Positions 10,399 through 18,508 of a stretch of 64,000 nucleotides of DNA are shown one piece after another; the first letter of the stretch is position 1, and each line of letters opens with the position of its first letter. Location: NCBI GenBank assembly GCA_001275005.1, contig JWZX01003090.1, forward strand, positions 1 to 64,000, given 5' to 3'. Both the position numbers and the translations under genes were made by a program. The notes under the pieces are model-generated. The model saw only the letters and a program-made list of their open reading frames with translations. It did not search any database and was not told where the DNA came from. This stretch comes from Chrysochromulina tobinii (lineage: Eukaryota).

Positions 10399-11030
10399 TC
10401 AGCGCGTCGCTAAAAGTCGCTAAACCGACCAGGGTAAACCGGTAACCGCAACGGCTACACGGACCGAGGTCTCTAGGCAAGCTTGCGATCCGTTTCTCCC
10501 TTGTCCGTCTAAGTCCAAGGGCGTACTTGGATTGTGGGTCCTTTCGTTTGTGTGTGGCGCTTTGTTTGTTTGTGTGTGTGGGTGCGCCGCCCTCTGCGCC
10601 CTCCACGTTGGGTCTCCACGGGACCGGTGGTCGTGCGTCTTGCCGAGATGGCAATCTAACGTGAACTTGGTGACCGTTGCGGCGCTTCAACTTTCCCCTT
10701 TCGGAAGAAGTTCGCTCGACGAACTCGTCGCGGCGTGTTCGTATAGGCGGTGAGCACTGCGTTTGTATATTAAACATACGATTGGCGTTACACTTAGGGC
10801 GACACGTGGATGAGCATTGGTCCCTTGGGGCCCCTCGGTAACTACCTTAAGAGTTGGTTGTTACCATTGGGCTAGGGAGTAGCTACGGTTCCCTCGCGGG
10901 GATATTATGCTGCGCATAATATGCTACCGCGAGCGCTTAAATCCGCTCTAGTGGCTACTCCTATCGAGGCTGGACAGGCCAGGGAACCCGACCATAGGGG
11001 ATGGTCGGATCGGCTGGTGTGTCACTCGAT
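10399..11030 (+). ncRNA. Putative structured RNA domain of the retroelement
   Basis: Many nested stems: 10876-86/10951-61, 10893-99/10927-33, 10902-10/10914-22, 10988-95/11001-08, 10446-54/10674-82, 10512-19/10526-33, 10604-11/10656-63. The non-Watson-Crick pairs are G-U on the plus strand. Confidence 0.6.
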
Positions 11031-11048
11031 TATTTATTGTACTAACTG

Positions 11049-13733
11049 TTACTGCTGTTGTGTTTGTGTGTTTGGCGCGGTTGCTGGCGCTGCTCCACTT
11101 ACCCGCATGAGTGTTGCTCTCCACGCTGCCAGTGCCATTCCGTTCCCGTCTAGGGGTGTGAAGAGCAGTGAGGGTGGGAGTCGCATCTCCACTTCAACTG
11201 CCTCTGGCGGGATGAGGTGGAACTTATCGGCCCTCGTGGGCCAGTCCGCTGGGTTGTCGTCGGTCGGCACCCAGTCGAAGTAGACGAGTACGTTGAACCA
11301 AAGGAGAGCTAGGTGCAGCATGCACACAAGCCGCATGCAGCCGGGGAAGTTACCGCTTCCGCCGACGGCTGCTGAGAGGGCAACCGTGTTGTCGCACCAG
11401 TGCATGACTGCCCGCCCCTTGAGGCGATCGCCAAACGTATAGTATGCCGACACCATGGCTAGCATCTCGGCTTGCGCGATGTGCTGTTTCTTGTTCACAT
11501 CGAATAGGAGATAGCACCACCGCGGGACGTCCTGCTTGGCGTACACCAGCGCTGGTTGCCCGGCCGGGGGTTCTAGGTCGACGAGCCATATTCCGAGCTT
11601 GCCGTCGCCTGGTCCGAAGCTCCTGGGGTGTCGCACGTAGGATGCGTCGGTGTACAAGTACACCGGCCTTCGCCTGTCTCTTCTCATGTAGACGAGGAGT
11701 GGCGGGAGCGCTGGGAGTACGACGAGGAGGAAGGCTAAGACCTCGCTAAGTTCGGGTGTCCAGGCGTCGCTGGTCCCGCGCGCGTGCCTGCTCAGGACGC
11801 CAACGACCGCCCTGCCGACCCGTATGGCGGCGGTTTGCAGCGTGAAGCCGAGCTTCCCTACCACCTCTTCGGCGGCTCCTGGGTCGAGGCGGCGTTTTTC
11901 CTTGCCCTCCTGAAGTTCCCGGAGGATGTTCTTGATCCTGCTTTCGGTGGCCGAGAACTCCGCGTATCCCTCTGGGAGGTGAACGTTGGCGAGGTTAGCT
12001 TGTACGCCGAGTAGCTTGTTGGCCGGTCTCAGCGGCTGGTGCTTATCTGCTTTTATTTGGAATCCGGCGCACTCGTGGGTGCAGCCGATGCCATCGGCGG
12101 CCCTACTTTTGGCCTCGATGATGTCCACCGTGAAGTGGTCGTCAACGTAGTGGTCTGTGAGGAGCCCGAAGTGCACTCTGGTGGTCCATGATAGGAGGTG
12201 CGCAACTCTTGCGAAGTTGAGGACGCTCGCCGAGGAGCCAAACGTGTGTCCCCAGACTACGCTAAATCTGACTCCGGCTTCGCCGAGTCTGTTGCCGTCG
12301 TCTAGGCCGCTGTAGTAGAAGGCTACTATGAACCAGTGCGCGTCGGCGTTTGGTACTTGCCTGAAGGCTCCAGCCATGTCGTCGACTGTGAGTCCGCACG
12401 CCGGCATCGTTATGCCCTGGGCGTCGTACGCCTCTCTGAGAATGCGACATGCTGTGGCGGGCGTCTCGAAGCACGGGTTGAACGTCGTCTCGCAGTGCGA
12501 GACTGCCCCGTTCTGCCCCCCGGTTTTGGCATTGTCAATTCTTCGCCAGGCGATGGACCCGTCGGCCTTTTCGCCCTGATTGCGCGCGAAGGCGGTGATG
12601 ACTCGAATGCCTTTGAGGCCGCCATGCTGAGCGGCCCAAGTTCGAAGTTCTTTCTGCGACATGGGCTTGCCCATGGTCGGCTGCGGTACACTGCTGCCAT
12701 CTGCCGCCGTTCTGGTGAGGCGTGATTCTTTGAGTACCGAGGCCTCGATCGCTCGCAGGGCCCCGGCGCGGTCCCCTCCTTCGGCGAGTGCTTCTGTGGC
12801 TTCTCGTTTCGTCTTCCTGATGACGTCCCCAAGCCAGTCTACGTTGCTTGGGTGGTATTGTTGTGGCGATGCTTTGCTGTCTTGACCCTGGGGTTGCGGG
12901 CGCCTAGCCCGTCCTCCGCCGAGCTCGTCGAGTGTGTAGGCTGCAGGTCGGCAGACTGGTCGGAAGAGCCCGCTGTCGGCGAGGGTTCCGAACGATGGGA
13001 AGCCCGCGGTCAGGTGCTTCCCGAGGTTTATGTCTGGCCAGTCGTAGGCTTCGATCCATGCGCACATTAGCGGTACGTTCACCTGGCTGCAGATGACTCG
13101 CGCCTCCAGGGTCATGATGTGATCCACTACCCAGTCGGCGAAAGGGCGCAGTGCACTCGCCGCCGCCTCCATGAGTTGCCTGCGGGCCAGTCCGTTTGCC
13201 ACGAGGCCGGTCCCGGCCGCGACCATGTAGTCGGCGATGTCCCGAATGGTGTCGTGCGAGTGCATGCGTACGTTGTGCGAGACGTGCGGTAGTGTTGTTA
13301 TGTGGGTTATTGCGTACATGACGTGGGCCCAGGGGTTGCCCGGCTCGAGGGGCACCAGCCTGTCGCAGACTGGTCTGACCCACTTGTTCCCGATGTCGTC
13401 GGCCGCGTGGCCTCCTGCCCATCGTTGCGGCAGCTCCGCCGGGGGGCGTGCGTACGATCTTGTCGACACTCTGGCGCCCCTGAGGGCGACGACCACCGCG
13501 TCGAAGGCGGTAAGGTAGTCGCGCGGGACTCTATGTGGGCTGCAGAAGCGAAGTGAGTCTCGCGGCTCCCAAAGGGCGCTGCCGGTGATGGTTGCGAGGA
13601 GCAGGGGGGTGAGTGCGCTCATCCTCCTAGCTGCTGGGATTGCCATTTCGCCGAGCGTCCTTTCGTAACGTTGTCCTGCTAACGGTCGGGGTTTGGGGAT
13701 GCATGCGTCGAGTCGCGTTCGGTCCCTGCCCAT
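11049..13733 (-). CDS. Reverse transcriptase-RNase H polyprotein, DIRS/Ngaro (YR-retroelement)-type, 894 aa
   Basis: RT motifs WRRIDN, TVDDMAGAFRQVP, GHTFGSSASV..F, HYVDDHF, KLLGV. RNase H motifs LYTDAS, IAQAEMLA, WCDN, WVPTDDNPADWPTR, with all four acidic residues present. No stops or introns. Confidence 0.92.
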   Translation of the reverse strand: MGRDRTRLDACIPKPRPLAGQRYERTLGEMAIPAARRMSALTPLLLATITGSALWEPRDSLRFCSPHRVPRDYLTAFDAVVVALRGARVSTRSYARPPAELPQRWAGGHAADDIGNKWVRPVCDRLVPLEPGNPWAHVMYAITHITTLPHVSHNVRMHSHDTIRDIADYMVAAGTGLVANGLARRQLMEAAASALRPFADWVVDHIMTLEARVICSQVNVPLMCAWIEAYDWPDINLGKHLTAGFPSFGTLADSGLFRPVCRPAAYTLDELGGGRARRPQPQGQDSKASPQQYHPSNVDWLGDVIRKTKREATEALAEGGDRAGALRAIEASVLKESRLTRTAADGSSVPQPTMGKPMSQKELRTWAAQHGGLKGIRVITAFARNQGEKADGSIAWRRIDNAKTGGQNGAVSHCETTFNPCFETPATACRILREAYDAQGITMPACGLTVDDMAGAFRQVPNADAHWFIVAFYYSGLDDGNRLGEAGVRFSVVWGHTFGSSASVLNFARVAHLLSWTTRVHFGLLTDHYVDDHFTVDIIEAKSRAADGIGCTHECAGFQIKADKHQPLRPANKLLGVQANLANVHLPEGYAEFSATESRIKNILRELQEGKEKRRLDPGAAEEVVGKLGFTLQTAAIRVGRAVVGVLSRHARGTSDAWTPELSEVLAFLLVVLPALPPLLVYMRRDRRRPVYLYTDASYVRHPRSFGPGDGKLGIWLVDLEPPAGQPALVYAKQDVPRWCYLLFDVNKKQHIAQAEMLAMVSAYYTFGDRLKGRAVMHWCDNTVALSAAVGGSGNFPGCMRLVCMLHLALLWFNVLVYFDWVPTDDNPADWPTRADKFHLIPPEAVEVEMRLPPSLLFTPLDGNGMALAAWRATLMRVSGAAPATAPNTQTQQQ

Positions 13734-13840
13734 CGTTGACTGCTCTGTGTCCGATTCGGACGTTTGCCTCCTAACTTTGTGAGTTTGTGTGACGACGCGC
13801 GCGCGCGCGCTCGCTTTTACCGGCGAGGTGTTACGTCGTC

Positions 13841-14962
13841 ATGTCGTCGGCCCTCGCTTCCCCGACAGCGTACGCGATCCTTTGCACGGAGGGGCTGCAG
13901 GAAATGCTACCGACACTTCGTGCTGATGCGAGCGTCGAGGTGGGTGCGGTGTTCGACACTCTTGCCCTGGCGATGATCGAGGGTCATAACGACGCCCGGA
14001 CCCTTACGCGCACTGCCAAACGGCTGTGGCGGGCGACCCTTGGTGAGGATCCTGCTGCGGATCCTGATGATGAGACTACGCCGGGCTGGGAGAGCCTGCG
14101 CTCCAAATTGGACCGTTGCGTTGCCCGCGCGAAGGACTCGCTTGCTCGTAGCCTGGCGGGTCATCAGGCCCGCGCGACCGATGATGCTGGTTCTGCTGGT
14201 GTCGCCACCTCCGGCCGCTCGATGTCGGCTGCAGAGGAGACCGATATGGACGCTCGGTGGCAGGCAAGTGGTCGTCGCGTCCCGGGTGAGATCTTCATGC
14301 CTTCTTCGTCGTTTCTTGCGACGATGCGGAAGTACCTCTGGCCGGTGGGCCACGTCGACACGTCGGAGGGTATGGTGGTGCGGCCGAGTTCGATGGAGTG
14401 GCCAGCGAAGGAGCAGGCCCCAATCGAGGTCGTTGCTACCCGGAAGGGGGTGCACTTCCGCCCGGCTGGCAGGGTAGGTGTTGCTCCTACGACTGCCTAC
14501 GGCATGGTCGAGCGCTTCGAGGCGAAGCTTTTGGCTGCTGAGATGTGCCTGGTCGGGCGCGAGGCGCCGTCGGGTTACACGTGCGAGGACGGTGTCGGGA
14601 GGGTGCCCCTTTCGGAGCGTGCCGTCTCGCTCACCTGCGAACTCCTGCGCACGCTGCTGAGCACCGCGGCGCATCACCCGGATGCCCGCGCCATCATGCT
14701 GTCGGCAGTGAATCGCCTGGACGAGGACGTCCGTGATTACGTGCGGCAGAAGATGTCTCCTGGGGCTGCGCTGGTGGCGGCCTGGCCGACCTTGCGCGCC
14801 CAGATCGTCCAGGTGGATCGCGAGGGCCACCATGGGGCGCCCGATGCTGCGGCCGCTTCTAGTTCCTACGAGCGACTCGCTCATTCCTTTGGCCAGCCTC
14901 TTTTGTCGAGGGTGGCGTCTAGTTCTTGGTGGGTCACGGGATCCCACGCCATCCTGGGATGA
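13841..14962 (+). CDS. Retroelement ORF2, 373 aa, helical, possibly gag/capsid-like
   Basis: Intronless ORF starting 107 nt from the RT ATG in divergent orientation. T-ending codons are unlike host genes. AATAAA at 15015. No R...HxxR...Y recombinase signature seen. Confidence 0.65.
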   Translation: MSSALASPTAYAILCTEGLQEMLPTLRADASVEVGAVFDTLALAMIEGHNDARTLTRTAKRLWRATLGEDPAADPDDETTPGWESLRSKLDRCVARAKDSLARSLAGHQARATDDAGSAGVATSGRSMSAAEETDMDARWQASGRRVPGEIFMPSSSFLATMRKYLWPVGHVDTSEGMVVRPSSMEWPAKEQAPIEVVATRKGVHFRPAGRVGVAPTTAYGMVERFEAKLLAAEMCLVGREAPSGYTCEDGVGRVPLSERAVSLTCELLRTLLSTAAHHPDARAIMLSAVNRLDEDVRDYVRQKMSPGAALVAAWPTLRAQIVQVDREGHHGAPDAAAASSSYERLAHSFGQPLLSRVASSSWWVTGSHAILG

Positions 14963-15077
14963 CGTGGTTAAGGGAGGTGTCACCCTAATTAGGGTACCGT
15001 CAATGCGTCTGTGTAATAAAGCCCTGAGGCCACACCCCCCAATCCAGTCAGGGCCGCATTTTCCACCACGTAACACG

Positions 15078-17813
15078 ATGTGGTGGTGCCACGAATGCGC
15101 CGGTCACTTCGAGACGCTCGACTTTACGTCCGACGTGCCCCCGTGCACCATGTGCGGGGGCGCTTTCGTCGAGTTCATGCCGCATGCGGTGACATGGCAG
15201 GGTGATGAAGAGGAGGACGAGTACGATGAGTACGATGAGGAGAATGATGAGGAGTACGACGACGACGACGTGTACCACGAAGATGGTGTCAACACGGACG
15301 CGAGTGGCTCGCCCGATTCGGGCGGTGGGACGCTGTCGCCCCAGGCGGCCGGTGGTGCCTCTGAGGAGATTCTCGATTCACTGCCTGCTATGTTCATGAC
15401 GGCCAAAGACGTGGAGGCCGAGCCCGAGTGCGCCATCTGTAACGAGGACTTCAATGCCGGCGAATGCGTGCTCGAGCTAGGCTGCAAGCATCACTACCAT
15501 CGCCACTGTGCGGTGGATTGGCTCGCGCGCCAGTCCTCTTGCCCGGTCTGTCGATGGGAGCTTCCGAGGGTGCCACCATCTGTGCGATCATTGCCCACGA
15601 CGACGTCTTCGCAGCCCGCGTTCACCGCGGCCGCAGTCGCCTCGGCCGCTGCCGCCGCTGCCGCCTCGGTCGCCGTCACCGGGCCGCCGCGTCATACGGG
15701 CAGCGTCGTGCCAGGCGCCTCGTCCTCGAGCGCCTCCTTGACGTTGCAGCCGCCGCCACCACCGCCGACAGTGCTCGTCGCAGGACCTCAAGACGCCTAT
15801 CGCCCTGCCGCACCGCAGCCGCCTAGCGCGCTGGCCCTCGGTGCGGTCTCGCCACGCCTCCACAGCCCGAGGTGCTCTTCGGGGAGCGCCGCCTCGGGCG
15901 CCACTGGGCCCTCGCCCCCAGCCCAGGCGCTCTTCTCGTGTCTGGGGCGAGGCAGTGGGCGCGCCGACGCCGGCGGTGGCGGCAGCAGCAGTGGTGGCGT
16001 GAGCGGCAGGAGCGGTGGCCGGAGCCTAGAGGCGAAGGCAGCCATCCTGCGGAACGAGCTCGACCTCCGAGGTGCGCCCGTAGAGGTGGCCAAGCTAGCG
16101 GCTCCGATGCTCGGTGTGCACGTCGATGAGTATGCAGGCATCTCGACCCACGCCCTCCTGGACCGCTGCCTGGACGCGTTGGCCACGCCACGCTCCGGCG
16201 GCGCCTTCTCATCTGCGGCGAGCCTTGCGAGAACGGGAGCGATTCAGCACCTGTTCCTCTCGGCGACCTCCAACCCGTCCCTCCACCCCGTTGCCCGGAA
16301 CCCTCCGCCAGCGCAAGGGGACCCGGGTCCAATGCCGCGTGTGGTCGACGCTTCGAACGCGGCGGCGAGCTCGCCGCATACGGCACGCCTCTCGCAACCC
16401 CGCCGCACCGCCTCCGCGAGTGCGCCGTTCAAGGCCGGCGCCTCCGACGCTGCAACTGCCTCGGCGCTGCAACCGCCTCGGCGCGCGCTCTCGCTCTCTT
16501 CCGTGCTCGGCTCGCCTCGCCGCCACAATCTGTTTGGCCTTTCAAGTCCGCAACTGCACAGCTCTTCTGCAGCGGGCGCGCTAGGCGCGCCGGGCAGCAG
16601 CGGCGCCACCGCCGCCGACGACGACGACAAGGAGGATGGCGCCCCAGGCCGCACCGGCCTCTTCTCCCGCCTGTTTCGTCAATCGATCGGGGGTAGTCGG
16701 CGAGTGAGCGGCGGTGCGCGGCTGCAGAGGTCCTCCCAAGCCGAGGTCGGCGCCGACGCGGACGGCCATGCCGCCGCGTGCGGATTGCATCAGATTATGC
16801 TCGAGCCGACACAGGTGCTCACACTGCCCGGTGGCGCCCGCGGCTTTTACGCGTACGCGGAACCGTCGCCGCTGCCGCCGCCTCCCGCACCGCCGCCTCC
16901 CGCGCCGTCGCCGTCCGCATCCACAGTGCAGCCTCCTGCGCCCGCGTCGCCGTCCGCAAGCACCCGCGCCCTCGGCACATCCACGTCCTCCTCGGCGTCT
17001 TCTTCGCCCGCGTCCGCGGCGATGCCCATGCCCAACACGACGCTCACGCCAAGGCCTCATTCGGAAGCCGCGCTCGCAACGGCGCTCGCGTCCGAAGCTG
17101 TGAGCGGCGCGGGCGGCGCGGGCGCCGCCGACGGCCGCGCGGCCGTCAGCCGAGCGGGTCGTGGGGTCGAAACGACCGAGTCCCGCGCCGTGATGGGCGC
17201 GCGAGGCGAGGGTCTCGAACTCATTTGGATCCCAGCAGCCGCCGTCACGCCGACGCACCTGTCGCGCAAGGTTTTGGTAGCCTACCGGGCGGAGCGCTCT
17301 GCTGGGCGCGTCCTCTACTCACGGGACGTGCCGATCAATCAGGAGGCGGCGGCGCGTGCCTACCGCGGCCTCGTGCTCGCTGCCAAGAAAAGCTTCATAC
17401 GTCAGCACCAAGGGCAGCCGGGGCATGGGCAAGCGGGCCAGCCGAGTAGAGATCGAGATCGAGATCGAGATCGAGATGTGATTCGGCTGCGTGCCCTCGA
17501 ACGCTCGTGCTCGCTTCTCGACACCGACTCCTACACCGGCGCGGCAGCGACCGGCACCGGCGGCAGCCGCCCCCCCGACCGCCCGAGCCCCCGCCAACCC
17601 GCCCGGCGGCAGCGCCACCCCGCCCGCCCATGCAGCGAGAGGCGCATGCAGATGCGCAACGAACATCGCCTCCTTCAGGCAGTCGGGCATTCCCTCGCAC
17701 AGCCCTGTGGGCGGGCCCTCGGCCAGTCGTGGAGGGAGGGGCGCTGCCGCCGCTGCTGCCGCAGGATGGATGACCGAAGATGGATCCGTCGAGCTGTAGT
17801 ACTGTGCATCTGA
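15078..17813 (+). CDS. RING-H2 E3 ubiquitin ligase with N-terminal zinc ribbon (RNF126/RNF115-like) and long low-complexity tail
   Basis: MWWCHEC...CTMCGGAFVE, then CAICNEDF...LGCKHHYHRHCAVDWL...SCPVCRWEL. The final ~80 codons are uncertain (alternative frame ends at 17799). Confidence 0.85.
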   Translation: MWWCHECAGHFETLDFTSDVPPCTMCGGAFVEFMPHAVTWQGDEEEDEYDEYDEENDEEYDDDDVYHEDGVNTDASGSPDSGGGTLSPQAAGGASEEILDSLPAMFMTAKDVEAEPECAICNEDFNAGECVLELGCKHHYHRHCAVDWLARQSSCPVCRWELPRVPPSVRSLPTTTSSQPAFTAAAVASAAAAAAASVAVTGPPRHTGSVVPGASSSSASLTLQPPPPPPTVLVAGPQDAYRPAAPQPPSALALGAVSPRLHSPRCSSGSAASGATGPSPPAQALFSCLGRGSGRADAGGGGSSSGGVSGRSGGRSLEAKAAILRNELDLRGAPVEVAKLAAPMLGVHVDEYAGISTHALLDRCLDALATPRSGGAFSSAASLARTGAIQHLFLSATSNPSLHPVARNPPPAQGDPGPMPRVVDASNAAASSPHTARLSQPRRTASASAPFKAGASDAATASALQPPRRALSLSSVLGSPRRHNLFGLSSPQLHSSSAAGALGAPGSSGATAADDDDKEDGAPGRTGLFSRLFRQSIGGSRRVSGGARLQRSSQAEVGADADGHAAACGLHQIMLEPTQVLTLPGGARGFYAYAEPSPLPPPPAPPPPAPSPSASTVQPPAPASPSASTRALGTSTSSSASSSPASAAMPMPNTTLTPRPHSEAALATALASEAVSGAGGAGAADGRAAVSRAGRGVETTESRAVMGARGEGLELIWIPAAAVTPTHLSRKVLVAYRAERSAGRVLYSRDVPINQEAAARAYRGLVLAAKKSFIRQHQGQPGHGQAGQPSRDRDRDRDRDVIRLRALERSCSLLDTDSYTGAAATGTGGSRPPDRPSPRQPARRQRHPARPCSERRMQMRNEHRLLQAVGHSLAQPCGRALGQSWREGRCRRCCRRMDDRRWIRRAVVLCI
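17449..17477 (+). repeat. (AGATCG)n repeat encoding RDRDRDRD
   Basis: Read directly from the sequence. Confidence 0.8.
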
Positions 17814-18508
17814 GCGCCGTGGGTCCATACGCAGAGGGCGAAAGGAGAGGGGACGTCGACGGTCTTAAAATGGATGACATGTACGATGCAGCGTGGACAC
17901 GCGTGAGACGAGCTTCGACGTTCCGGCATGAGGCCGGAGCGTGTGGCTGCGCTGTGCGCGTCGGTGGCTGTGCTGTGCACGGGGCCGTTAACGGGGCGGC
18001 GGGGGCGGGGGGGCGTCATTGCGAGGGGGGCCTCTCCGCGTGGCTCGCGGCGCGGGCCGCGGGGTCAGCCGCCGGCGAGTGTTGGTCGGGCGTGGAATCC
18101 GATCGCGCGTACGTACTCGACCCTAGCAAAAATAATACACACAGTGAGATCACAGTTACACTCATACGATAGACTCACGTCATTCCGTATACGGCTTGTA
18201 TGTGGGAAGCACCCCACCATGGCATTACGGCGATCTGTAAGTCCGGACCGCGCAGTTTGTTGATCGGATGATGCCTCGGTTGAGCCACGACGCACGAGCG
18301 CGCCTCGCGCTGAAACCGAACCTCGAACCTCGCAAAGCTCGCCCTGCAGAAAGCCGTGTTGACGGTACTCGCGACTGTCACTGTGGCGGCCCGGCTCCGG
18401 ACTCGGCGATTAACTCGCCGATTCGCTCGTCGCCGCGACGTCACGGTCGTCGCACAGGACAGAGCTTACGCAGCGGTCACATTCACATTCACATTCACAG
18501 GACAGGGC

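Larger units (their letters stand above)
10391..15071. mobile_element. Two-ORF divergent retroelement with DIRS/Ngaro-type RT-RNase H and no recognisable integrase or recombinase
   Basis: Intact RT-RH ORF (-), divergent ORF (+), structured non-coding ends, CTAATTAG at 10391 and 14985, and T-rich plus-strand composition unlike the flanking genes. Boundaries are approximate. Confidence 0.8.

Noticed and set aside
10355..10410. Hammerhead-like CTGA...CGAAAC on the minus strand at the element end
   Set aside because: The core reads CTGACTA rather than CTGANGA, and stems I and III do not form convincingly.
10391..10777. 128-aa minus-strand ORF within the structured region
   Set aside because: No recognisable domain and it overlaps dense RNA stems. 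Not excluded, but unsupported.
13250..13270. MHSH in the RT N-terminus as an HUH endonuclease motif
   Set aside because: The middle residue is not hydrophobic and no matching catalytic tyrosine motif is evident.
14983..14994. CCCTAATTAGGG as a chromosome-fusion or interstitial telomere
   Set aside because: Only one hexamer on each side. Kept only as part of the element-end palindrome.
14733..15077. N-terminal extension of the 1026-aa ORF into the element
   Set aside because: Non-ATG start. The RING protein's zinc ribbon begins at ATG 15078.
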